NCBI RefSeq assembly: GCF_001194135.2
Contig: NC_068987.1
Coordinates: forward strand, 98,211,761 to 98,275,760
Length of the DNA: 64,000 nucleotides
Direction of reading: 5' to 3'
Origin: Octopus bimaculoides
Lineage: Eukaryota
Each line of letters starts with the position of its first letter. The stretch's first letter is position 1. Shown piece after piece: positions 52,124-64,000 of the stretch. The notes under the pieces are model-generated. The model was not told where the DNA came from. It saw nothing but the letters and a program-made list of their open reading frames with translations, and searched no databases. A program made the translations under genes and the position numbers.

Positions 52124-55100
52124 GATTTATATATGTGTGTATGTGCATGGACACAGATTTGTGTGTTACATAGCTAGCTAGAAGCGATGGCCTCCCAAAG
52201 CTAATCAACGGCAGCATTCGTCCTATTTATCTGGACTGCCATGTTAGCTTGGCGATAATTATTAATACGCAGTACCACTGCGTATCTCTCTTTTAGAGAA
52301 ATTTAGAAATAATGATATTTCTATTTTTGAAAATCAGCGGAATCAGTCAACAGCGACTCCACATAGATAAGGGGAAAATNNNNNNNNNNNNNNNNNNNNN
52401 NNNNNNNNNNNNNNNNNNNNNNNNNNNNNNNNNNNNNNNNNNNNNNNNNNNNNNNNNNNNNNNNNNNNNNNNNNNNNNNNNNNNNNNNNNNNNNNNNNNN
52501 NNNNNNNNNNNNNNNNNNNNNNNNNNNNNNNNNNNNNNNNNNNNNNNNNNNNNNNNNNNNNNNNNNNNNNNNNNNNNNNNNNNNNNNNNNNNNNNNNNNN
52601 NNNNNNNNNNNNNNNNNNNNNNNNNNNNNNNNNNNNNNNNNNNNNNNNNNNNNNNNNNNNNNNNNNNNNNNNNNNNNNNNNNNNNNNNNNNNNNNNNNNN
52701 NNNNNNNNNNNNNNNNNNNNNNNNNNNNNNNNNNNNNNNNNNNNNNNNNNNNNNNNNNNNNNNNNNNNNNNNNNNNNNNNNNNNNNNNNNNNNNNNNNNN
52801 NNNNNNNNNNNNNNNNNNNNNNNNNNNNNNNNNNNNNNNNNNNNNNNNNNNNNNNNNNNNNNNNNNNNNNNNNNNNNNNNNNNNNNNNNNNNNNNNNNNN
52901 NNNNNNNNNNNNNNNNNNNNNNNNNNNNNNNNNNNNNNNNNNNNNNNNNNNNNNNNNNNNNNNNNNNNNNNNNNNNNNNNNNNNNNNNNNNNNNNNNNNN
53001 NNNNNNNNNNNNNNNNNNNNNNNNNNNNNNNNNNNNNNNNNNNNNNNNNNNNNNNNNNNNNNNNNNNNNNNNNNNNNNNNNNNNNNNNNNNTATATATAT
53101 ATATATATATATATATATGTTTTGAGGATATGGATGGATATGTGTGCGCGTATGTGTGAGTGTGTACATGTCTGCCTGTGTATACTCAAATCTATAAGCA
53201 CAGAATTAAATATACACACACAACACAGATTATACGCCTAGACGTAGATATTTAGACATGAATATCATGAAAAATACCAATACTCATGAAAGTACTGAAG
53301 ATGTATACAGGATATGGTGGAGAATATTTAATGTTATTGATAAAACAAGCTTCTCAATCGATATAGCTTGTTATAAAGCAATTTTCATATAAATTCTGAA
53401 ATATGATGGGGCGGTTTCAATCCCAAGTGTGCAATGAATTTTGACAGCATTCACTTAGATACAATGAGATGTTACATAATTCATGAAGCTTGTGAATTTG
53501 AGAAACAGTTTAACTGATGAGATCTGATAGCTTTTTTTCAACTTCATTATGAAGGATATAACGTTTCCCTTCTCATTCAGTGTCTGTTTAATGTATGTAT
53601 GTATGTATGTATGTATGTATGTATGTATGTATGTATGTATGTATGGAAGTATGTACATATTCATCTTCCTCAAACTGTATATGTGCGTATATATATATGT
53701 ATACACACACATATGTACATATGAAAAAGTAAACATACACACATACATGTGATATATTATATATTATATTATATTATATTATATNNNNNNNNNNNNNNNN
53801 NNNNNNNNNNNNNNNNNNNNNNNNNNNNNNNNNNNNNNNNNNNNNNNNNNNNNNNNNNNNNNNNNNNNNNNNNNNNNNNNNNNNNNNNNNNNNNNNNNNN
53901 NNNNNNNNNNNNNNNNNNNNNNNNNNNNNNNNNNNNNNNNNNNNNNNNNNNNNNNNNNNNNNNNNNNNNNNNNNNNNNNNNNNNNNNNNNNNNNNNNNNN
54001 NNNNNNNNNNNNNNNNNNNNNNNNNNNNNNNNNNNNNNNNNNNNNNNNNNNNNNNNNNNNNNNNNNNNNNNNNNNNNNNNNNNNNNNNNNNNNNNNNNNN
54101 NNNNNNNNNNNNNNNNNNNNNNNNNNNNNNNNNNNNNNNNNNNNNNNNNNNNNNNNNNNNNNNNNNNNNNNNNNNNNNNNNNNNNNNNNNNNNNNNNNNN
54201 NNNNNNNNNNNNNNNNNNNNNNNNNNNNNNNNNNNNNNNNNNNNNNNNNNNNNNATATATATGTAGAAATACATATAAAGATATAGACTAATAATAGTAA
54301 CAATTTTTAGAAGAATGCTTGGAAACTTCTTGCATATTCGTGTATGTTCACATCCACAACTAATGTACTGTATATCTGTTTTGTGTGCGTTTTGTGTGTA
54401 TGTGTACATATACTCTTGTATATGGATACACAAGCACACATACGCACGCACATGCACACATATATTGTCTCTGTGCCTAATTTGTTTAATAACAAATTTC
54501 GTTCTTGAATCATACTTCGATATTCATCCTGGCAAGATCAGCGTCTGGTAGATGTCATAACCTAAGATTTTTGCATATTTCTGAATTCAAACTGATAGAC
54601 TGCAGTAAGTATATTCTATACCATTTAGTTTGACACCAAACTGCTTGACTCCACTTTGACGTCATCCGTACACAGACATTCAGAATTGAATTTCCAAGTA
54701 TCTGCAAGTTAATATGTTTTATTTCATCGCATAATCTGGCAGTAGAATCCCCTTGCATGCATGGAACTTTTTGCTCGTTTTACATGTTACATCTATATTT
54801 GTTTGACAATTAAACTCTGCTACATAACAAACCCTAATAAAATGTCTGTCATAAGACGATGTATACATTTTGATGTCTCCCTTGCTCTGTCATATTTGAA
54901 TGAATATATATGCGAATGAATATATATATATATATACGTTATTACTTCTCCTATGCATAAGTGTATATTTGTGCATTCACCTGCTTTGTTTATCTCGTCG
55001 TATACATCTACATCTTTTTCAGTGTAACTATTATTGAACCACACATATACCCGTATTCAGCTCATGGGCATGCATACAAAAATACCTGTGTATATATTTG

Positions 55101-55809
55101 TACGTTTTATATGAGTTCATCTAAATATAACATGAATATGCTTTGTTAACAGTATACATAAGCTGTATGTTGTTCTCCATCTTTTTATCTTTTATCATCG
55201 CATGATTTTTTATCCTCACATATTACAATGCGTAAGATTGCATAATGCTGTTATATCTCAAGGGAGTTTCGTATCAGAACGATATCTTAAACAAGGTATA
55301 ACTACTTCTCACATCATACTCGCTAATTCAAGATATCTAGCATCTGTTGACACACAAATTGTTTCTAACTTGCAAATTTCTTTCTATGTATCACGTATTT
55401 ATATTCATTATTACATGTCTGTTGTGTATAGCTAACTTGATTTTGTGGAATTTATGTTTGGCTAGTTTCTTCTCTTTATCAATATTTGTATCAGTTTCCA
55501 GCATATAAAGACTACTGCAATATGTAATTTTCAGCTGATATGCAGAGCGATTTTCTTCTAATTCTTAGTTAAGATAAAAGGTTCCCGGCAGGAAGTACAG
55601 ACTGTTTCTTTGTTAATGTTCTGATTTCTTGCATAAACGATTTTCACTTGTTTTGATGTTTCAGCCAAACATTTCGATGGAAGAAAATAGTGTTATATTT
55701 ACTTGCATCTAGTTTTGGTCAATCAGTGAATTAGCATCAATGAGAATTGTTAAGTAAAAGCTTTTAGCATGCTGTGCATTGTTTTCCTCAATAATAAATA
55801 ATTAAATAA

Positions 55810-56141
55810 ATATACAATGATTTTAAAATTTGGAACAAGGCCAGCAAATTCGAGGAGAGGGTTACAGGCGATTACATCGACCCCAGTGCTCAACTGGTAC
55901 ATATTTTATCGTTTCCGAAAGGATGAATGGTAAATCCGACCTCGGTTAAATTTGAACTCAGAACATAAACATAGGCGTAGGAGTGGCTGTGTGGTAAGTA
56001 GCTTGCTTGCAAACCACATGGTTCCGAGTTCAGTCCCACCCCACTGCGTGGCACCTTCGGCAAGTGTCTTCTACTATAGTCTCGAGCCGACCAAAGCCTT
56101 GTGAGTGGATGTGGTAGACGGAAACTGAAAGAAGCCCGTCG

Positions 56142-56182
<41 letters not shown>

Positions 56183-56465
56183 CTGTATATGTTTTTGTGT
56201 CTGTGTTTGTCCTCCCAACATCGCTTGACAACCGATGGTGGTGTGTTTACGTCCCCGTCACTTAGCGGTTCGACAAAGAGACCGATAGAATAAGGACTAG
56301 GCTTCCAAAGAATAAGCCCTGGGGTCGATTTGCTCGACTAAAGGCGGTGCTCCAACATGGCCTCAGTCAAATGATTGAAGCGAGTAAAAGAGTAAAAGAG
56401 AGACAAAAATGTAGCTAAGCATTTTTGGCCCAGCGTTTAAACGATTCTGGCAGTTCGCCACTTTA
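55810..56465 (-). mobile_element. SINE family 2 interrupted by a family 1 copy
   Basis: Head at 56465-56403 (AAAGTGGCGAACTGCCAGAATCG...AATGCTTAGC) continues at 55970-55810 (GTTCTGAGTTCAAATTTAACCGAGGTCGG...). Confidence 0.75.
55971..56400 (+). mobile_element. SINE family 1
   Basis: Full-length copy with internal (TA)n and GAGTAAAA tail. Confidence 0.9.
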
Positions 56466-56901
56466 CTCCACATCAATAAAATATATAATAAAAGTCACAC
56501 CACTCATAATCTACACAATTGTCACAGGACACTAAAGTGCAAACCACGCAAATACTCCACACAATAGTCATTAAAATAAAACACCTGCCACCACTTATGT
56601 TCGGAACTATCAGCACTCAAAATGTTCCATAGAGCACAGATGAAATACAGACCAACTGATACTTGTGCTTAACCCTACGTGAACCCTGAGCGAGCATGCA
56701 TTTAATCAAAGACATTCGAGATGTGACTATATTTATGATATATATAAATTACACTTTCCAAAGTGATATTCATCTAAGACCGTGGGCGTGATTTTGAGGA
56801 AGGCACTGCAAATCGCAGATAAACTAGTTTCACCTTTGTGTTTTTGGTAATTTTTTTCATTTTCTAATCTTTGTTAATTAAGATCATCACCATCATCATT
56901 A

Positions 56902-57001
56902 CAGGGAAAATGCTTAACGGCATTTCGTCTGTCTTTAGATTCTGAGTTCAAATTCCACCGACGTCGACTTTCCTTTTCATCCCTTTCGGAGTAGATAAAA
57001 T
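56902..57001 (+). mobile_element. SINE family 2 fragment
   Basis: AATGCTTAACGGCATTTCGTCTGTC...TCTGAGTTCAAATTCCACCGACGTCGACTTT. Confidence 0.75.
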
Positions 57002-57574
57002 GCCTCCCCCTTTGGGAGTTCTAATTATTTATTTATCTATTTATTTATCTATTTATTTATTATATCTTTCTCCGTTTTCTTCCTCTGTTTAGACGAACTT
57101 TCCTACCTTTTCGGACAAAACCTTTTGTAACCTTCGTCCTGTCTTTGTCCTTATATGTTTTAATTGATATTAGCCCTTGTGGCCAATAAAACGAATTAAT
57201 TATTATTATTATCACTATCATCATTATTGGTTATGGTCAAAGCATGAACGCTAGAAACTAAAGTAATTTTTAACGAAGCAGAAATTACTGAAGGATATTT
57301 AAAAAATGGCAAGTAATTGCAAATCCCATACAGCGGAAATTCGATAAGTATTTTAAAGTTTTCACTGAAAAGACGTGGTAGAAATGAACACCACAAGATT
57401 TTCAGAAAATGACAAAACGATCATAACTTGCAACGTCACCAAACATATATATCAACAAAATATTATTGTTAGGTACAACTCTGAAATGATTTATCGACTT
57501 TAATTGTATGGTGTATCACATTAGGTGGGAATTGTCGTAAATACATCTGTACGTGAATGGTGCGCCTTTGTGCA

Positions 57575-57960
57575 TCAACGATCTAATCAACTATAAGCGC
57601 CAGGATCTTTGCAAATAACTTGGCCAAAGTTTTAAAATCTGCGTTTAATAGCAATATGGGCCGTAAAGTACCAATGTGATTCCCCCTTTCCTGCACCCTT
57701 TCTCGGCAACCCCACCGTTCTCGTATCCAAACAAGTCTCGCATGTTGAAGTCTCGTTGGGCAGACGATCCAAATTAGGCGATTTGCTCTAAGGGCAATCA
57801 ACTACCGACTCATGTATTTTTGCCGATCTTATGGGTTTTTCGCAACACTCCGTCTCCCTTGCTGATTCATGATATGCCTTCGAGTTAAGAACTGAAATCA
57901 ATCCTTGTTTCCCACTCGCTACTCGTCTCGAAAGTCGACCAAAGTTCTGCTGACAAGCCA
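57575..57960 (-). mobile_element. L1/Tx1-like LINE RT fragment
   Basis: RPILLLNADFKTLAKLFAKILALIVD matches RT domain 1 (RPIsLLNxDyKiLAKilAxRL). Confidence 0.78.
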
Positions 57961-59150
57961 CACACTCACGTACATCTGCTTAGAGTCGAGAAACTTGCGC
58001 CCATTATGGTCTATCAAAAACCGAAATGTAGCTTTATTACTACGATTCACCTCTCTCTTTTTCTAACCCAAACAACGGTTTTCGTCCCATCATACTTTAG
58101 AGCATGCACCTTAGTTCTGACGACGCAGTTGTTGTGCTTTTCCATGAAGAACTGGTTGATGGCTAATCACGTCAGTTGCAATTCATTTCAGATCTTTCTT
58201 CAACAATTTATCAATCTAATATTCCAAAAATAGAAGGTCATATGCTATTCTATCAGTAACTTCCTTATTCCTCTTCCACTTCATTCAGTAGTTCTAGAAG
58301 TCCTTTTCCTTTTGTGCAAAGAACTGTGAAATTCATACAGTTCCAGTTGTGAAGAATTGGCTTCTCTTCACACTTCTCACTCGACTTCCCTTTGCAAGTG
58401 TTACTTCTTTTGTAAGTTTTTTCCCCCTCGTTTATTTTCTTTCCTTCTTGCTTTTAGCAGGGACATGCAGAAGCGTCTTTCATAGTTTGGCGTTTCCCGT
58501 TCATTGCTTCAAGGTGAATATGTAACTCTGGTGGTTATAATCGGAGAAAAAAAACAAAAAAACTTTGGCCATTTTTAACACGAAATATGGTCTTCGAAAT
58601 AAGTGGAAACTTAGAATTCGTGCGACAACGACCATTAAAGTACAATGAATTTCATCTTAATACAATATCCGTATATACTTATAATCAAAACTATCAGGAT
58701 ATTTCTACTAAGCTCTTGAATTATGGAACTGAAACGTTAGCGCACGCTAAAAGAAAGTCCAAAGTACGTAAATGAAGGCATAGGGAAATAGAGAAGTGGT
58801 AAAACAATATGTAACCGAAGGAAAAATAAGACGATGATTCTGAGAAAGAGGATGGTTATATTGGCATTGTTGTTGATATTGGTATTGGTATTGTTGTTGT
58901 TGGTCTTTCTAGTAGTGAAGCTTATAATGCAGGGCATGGGTGGGACTCAATTAAAAGACTCGAGGAAATGGTTTTACTAGGAGATTATAGAGACGATAAG
59001 AAAGAAACTAGAGTTTTCAGATAAAGCAAACGGAGAAAATCGAGATGACGAAAATAATTACAGTGGAGTGCAAGAAAGAGTTAGTAGTTATATTGAAGTT
59101 TCTCGTAATGAGGGGTTCTTAACGTTGTAGTGTTTAGTAATCGGATCACT

Positions 59151-59153
<3 letters not shown>

Positions 59154-59232
<79 letters not shown>

Positions 59233-59250
59233 GAGAGAGAGAGAGAAGGG
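59154..59250. repeat. (GA)n microsatellite
   Basis: Directly visible. Confidence 0.95.
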
Positions 59251-59590
59251 GAGGGAGAGAGGAAAACAAATATTGAAAGGCAGAGAAAAAGGTGTGATGC
59301 AGGATATGAACGTAAGGGGTGCGGATGTAGATTTAGAAAATGAAAACGAAAAATTAAAAGGTACTGGATTAGAAGAAATCTAGATTATTGGTAATTTGTG
59401 GCGTTCAGTGGAACAGCAGATTTTCACATAGGTAAAACTTCACAAATATTCACAGGCGTATATGTAGTAAAATGTTAGGTGAGAGAGAGAGAGGGAGAAA
59501 GAGAGAGCGATTTACAGAAAGAGGTACATGTAATTAACAGAGATACGTATACACACAGACACAAATTTTCCTCTCTTTCTCTATCTATCA

Positions 59591-59677
<87 letters not shown>

Positions 59678-59866
59678 NNNNNNNNNNNNNNNNNNNNNNN
59701 NNNNNNNNNNNNNNNNNNNNNNNNNNNNNNNNNNNNNNNNNNNNNNNNNNNNNNNNNNNNNNNNNNNNNNNNNNNNNNNNNNNNNNNNNNNNNNNNNNNN
59801 NNNNNNNNNNNNNNNNNNNNNNNNNNNNNNNNNNNNNNNNNNNNNNNNNNNNNNNNNNNNNNNNNN

Positions 59867-59909
<43 letters not shown>

Positions 59910-60437
59910 ATAGATAGATAATATGTACATATATAGAGATGATGCAAATATATGTATATTTATATTTATACATTAGTTAATGTATATGTGGTATGTATGT
60001 GCGCGCGCGCGCGTGTGTGTGTGTGTGTGTGTGTGTGCGCGTGTGTATCTGTGAATATACATAGACACACATATACAGAGGGAGAAGAAGCAAAGACATA
60101 CAGGTGGGTAGATATATAGACATACCCTGAAAGAGAAAGGAGGGGAGGGAAAGAGATGTAGAGTAGAGTTATCTGAATTTGACAGGTTGCTTTATTAAGT
60201 TCAACTCTAATAATTCGTGCAATCCCTACCTTCTCAAGCTTTTTACGCTTACTTATTCTGCTACACAGACCAGTGTTTCCTGAAGATTCTAGAATTTGTT
60301 TTTATTTCTTTCTACTCCAGTTTTCCTATCTTTTTTTCTTTGACTTCATTCTTTTCACTCGCTTGCTCCTCATCTCACCTACAACTTCTGCAGACAAGCT
60401 TTTGGCATTACATCACAGAGCCGACATAACGACGAAC

Positions 60438-60541
<104 letters not shown>

Positions 60542-61055
60542 TTTCACGGGTACAAGGCCTCATTTTCGGAAATTTGATTAGCGGTATAATATCGGTTATA
60601 TCACTTGCGGTACTTAACTGGTACTTTATTTCATTTGCTATACAACATTGCAATAACAACAACATTCATTTCTCTTCAACACATTCCACTAAATACATTT
60701 CGGTATTAGATGGTGATGGCTTAAATACATTTTTTTCTTCACGAAATATCAAGACATTACAAGAGGTATAGAACATAGCTACTCTCCAATTACGTGGTCA
60801 CTCTACTACTATGTCTTTCACTTGAAAAAAGAAACAAGACTTCATTATAGATAAGTATTCATTTTATACAAGAAGACAAACTCTTTAAATTTCCTCCAAA
60901 GAATCTAATCGCTATATTGCAGTGACAAAAAAAATCACACAACACGACCGTAAAGTGAGAGAGTAAGATGCATCGCAAATATGTGGCAATGGGCAAAAGG
61001 TAAAATAAATACGAGAGGCTGCTGAAAACTTCCTGATTTGGGATAGAAAAAAATA

Positions 61056-61500
61056 CAGGAGGATCAGTGAATTATGACTTTATTCAGCATCTTCCCCTTT
61101 CAGATTCACACAGTTATTGCAACGTTCCTTCAGTTTTTCTAAGCCCTGTAAAAGAACTGGGAAGGCTGGGCCTCCAACCATGACTTTCGCGACCCTTAAA
61201 GCCAGACAATTTTCAGTAACCCCTCGTAGAAGGATGTTGTGCCGCAGGTCGAGAAAGAAATGGCAAACCACAACTTCTTTTGGAGATTTATTGTATCACC
61301 TAAACGAGCTTTTGAAAAACAGATTTGTATCAATTTTCTGTTCGTCTTTTCTTGGATAAATTACTTGGGAAATGATGCAATGACTGACGTAGCATCTATC
61401 TGGCATGATTTGTTTGTCTGGAGTCGGCAGATGGTTTGCGACATCAGCAACGGTTGAGTTGGTGTTATTAGTAATGGCACGTTAGTTGCTGCTATCTAAG
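61056..61500 (-). mobile_element. Mariner 3' fragment
   Basis: CHFFLDLRHNI...QGLEKLKERCNNCVNLKGED (cf. HLFxxLK...GIxKLxxRWxKCVxxxGDYVE); TA-CAGGAGG end at 61054. Confidence 0.68.
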
Positions 61501-61920
61501 TTTGTGTATTTGCCACATTGTTCTTTTGTAGTTGTATGTGGTTATATCTCGTTTACTTTAATTGGCATTTTTTAATGTCTGTCTTTTCAAGTGAACAACA
61601 AGGTTTCCCTTCGGCTAGCCATATTTACTGCAATTACGAAATACATTACGATAAAACTATATACTTCTACATTTGATTCTTTTCATTACTATTTTCTTCT
61701 ATACATACACGTGCACTCCTTCTTTTCTTCCTAATTTTCTGTTATCGATTTACTAAGCGCTATGTCCTCTCGTAGAAATTTACTTTCGTCTCACTCATTA
61801 TTTTGCCATTTAAGAAAACAATCTATTAATTTATATATCGCAGAAGCATAGAACAGATACAAACACACAAACACCACGCACACACACACACACACGCACA
61901 CACACACACACACTCACACA

Positions 61921-62408
61921 CAGAGTCTGCGATGGGTAAATTGTCACCTTTTTATATTTTTATATTTCATGCATGTACATTGTGTGTTTCCGATTTTGGC
62001 GACTACACAGAATAGTAGGGGCAGTTGAGCACCGTCAGTGAGAAAAACAGCACCATGACGCACTTCACTCTGCCAGAAATTTAGAAACGACATACGGCAC
62101 TGCTTGGCATTTACGTCGGAAGCTCTGATACTAACATTTCAGAGTGTTTGGGTGTCAATATCACGACAGTGCAGACGATTCGGTAAGAGTTGGATGAGTC
62201 TAATGGTGATTACGAAGGTACGGCAGCTCGGAAAACTCACTCAAGTCGTTCTGATAAGAAAAGAACTCCTGGATTTGTTGGTGACATCCAGGCTGCGATT
62301 ACAACAATCACTTCAGGTCAATCAGGGATATGGGAGCGTCTGAGTTTCTTATCAGACAGGTAGTGCATGAAGACATTCAGTATTCCTCATTCAAGATGAG
62401 AAAGGCCA
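61921..62408 (+). mobile_element. maT/DD37D-like element 5' half
   Basis: CAGAGTCTGCGATGGGTAAATTGTCACC end; ATG at 62055: MTHFTLPEI*KRHTALLGIYVGSSDTNISECLGVNITTVQTIR*ELDES...RSDKKRTPGFV...VVHEDIQYSS. Confidence 0.75.
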
Positions 62409-62976
62409 TATATAATAATAATATTAGGGACAAAATCCAAAATTACAGGTAAAAACTCAATTAAAATCAATTTATAAAAAAATTAAAATTAAATTGAGCT
62501 TTATAGATTAAAGTATGTATAAAAATATATAGTTTTAGGGGAAAGAACCAAGTTTCAAGAACTCATCGATGAAAATCCACTATCACATATAGAAAAATTA
62601 ATAATTAAAAGCACAATAAATGAGTATAATATAAATATAATATAATATTATCTTTATCTTATGATATTTACTTTGTTTTATATTATATATATNNNNNNNN
62701 NNNNNNNNNNNNNNNNNNNNNNNNNNNNNNNNNNNNNNNNNNNNNNNNNNNNNNNNNNNNNNNNNNNNNNNNNNNNNNNNNNNNNNNNNNNNNNNNNNNN
62801 NNNNNNNNNNNNNNNNNNNNNNNNNNNNNNNNNNNNNNNNNNNNNNNNNNNNNNNNNNNNNNNNNNNNNNNNNNNNNNNNNNNNNNNNNNNNNNNNNNNN
62901 NNNNNNNNNTATATATATATATATATTAGTATACGCGCACACACTCGCGTAGACACACATATAGGTGCATTACTGA

Positions 62977-63352
62977 CTCTTTTACTTGTTTCAGTCATTT
63001 GACTGTGGCCATGCTGGGGCTCCACCTTTAGTCGAGCAATTCGACCCCAGGACTTATTCCTTGTAAGCCTAGTACTTTTGCCGAACCGCTAAGTGACGGG
63101 GACGTAAACACACCAGCATCGGTTGTCAAGCGATGTTGGGGTACAAACACAGACAACAAACATACACACATACACACACATATAAGTATACATATATACA
63201 ACGGTCTTCTTTCAGTTTCCGTCTACCAAATCCACTCAGAAGGCTTTGGTCGGACCGCGGCTATCGTAGAAGACACTTACCTAAGGTGTCACGCAGTGGG
63301 ACTCAACCCGGATCCATGTGATTCATAAGCAAGCTACTTACCACAGCCACTC
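62977..63352 (-). mobile_element. SINE family 1
   Basis: Same blocks as the other copies. Confidence 0.88.
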
Positions 63353-63369
63353 GGATTTAAGAAGCTTAG

Positions 63370-63653
63370 TTCTTCACCACGCACCTTTTGGGTTCAGTTC
63401 AATGCTTGGCACCCAAACCAAATATATCCTCTACTTTCGACACGGGCTAAAAGCAGAAAATGCTTGGAAGCTCGTCGTATGTGTGTGTGTGTGTGTTTGT
63501 CTGTATGTGTTTGTGTGTACGTGTGTTTTATATGTACATATATAAATTTGTACAGTGTACGTGGTTTGTACGTTTTTGTGTGCACTTCCTTGATTTTGTG
63601 TTTATCTTTCCGAACTTGACAACCAGTGTTTGTTTAAATTTGAGAAAATAATG

Positions 63654-63714
<61 letters not shown>

Positions 63715-63850
63715 TGATGATGATGAGGATAATAATAATAATAATGCCGGCAGGTTAAGTACAACGCTTGACAAAATAAACACTTGAATCTATTTGATCT
63801 GTTAAATCCTTTAAGGCAGTGCCCCAGAATGGCCTCAATGACTGTAATAA
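63370..63850 (+). mobile_element. Old SINE family 1 remnants separated by (TG)n and (TAA)n
   Basis: GGGTTCAGTTCAATGC...GCTCGTCG(TA/TG)n and AAGGCAGTGCCCCAGAATGGCC...ATGACTG 3' block. Confidence 0.5.
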
Positions 63851-63964
63851 GTATATAAATACATGCATGCATACATACATACACACATACAAACATAGAC
63901 ACATGCACACACACATATATATGTATACATATATATTCATACACAGACTAATATGTGTGAGTAC

Positions 63965-64000
<36 letters not shown>

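Noticed and set aside
54500-54760. Exon-like segments on both strands
   Set aside because: Splice signals are weak or frames are closed, and no recognisable peptide results.
60230-60437. Possible further Dong-like fragment beside (TAA)n
   Set aside because: Only a vague compositional resemblance; no diagnostic motif survives.

Overview
This is AT-rich eukaryotic draft-assembly DNA with many N gaps, saturated with microsatellites and decayed transposable elements. The SINE families and repeat landscape look like a coleoid cephalopod (Octopus-like) genome, which is an inference from pattern recognition only. I found no recognisable intact protein-coding gene, rRNA, tRNA or CRISPR array, and almost every ORF in the supplied track is a microsatellite or N-gap artefact. 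Supported content: several Tc1/mariner elements (one full-length with DD36E spacing, plus mariner and maT-like remnants), two internally deleted Helitrons with 3' hairpin+CTAG ends, R4/Dong-like, Penelope, RTE and L1/Tx1 retroelement fragments, a hAT fragment, three SINE families and a ~1.7 kb minisatellite. The most notable structures are a three-level nest (mariner > V-domain SINE > TIR element with a 9-bp TSD and octamer/CCAAT motifs), a minisatellite made of STAT/kB-like motifs, a long fold-back palindrome, and a Penelope end with a minimal hammerhead-like motif. I see no convincing evidence for a new multi-gene system, so the findings are mostly mobile-element architecture.
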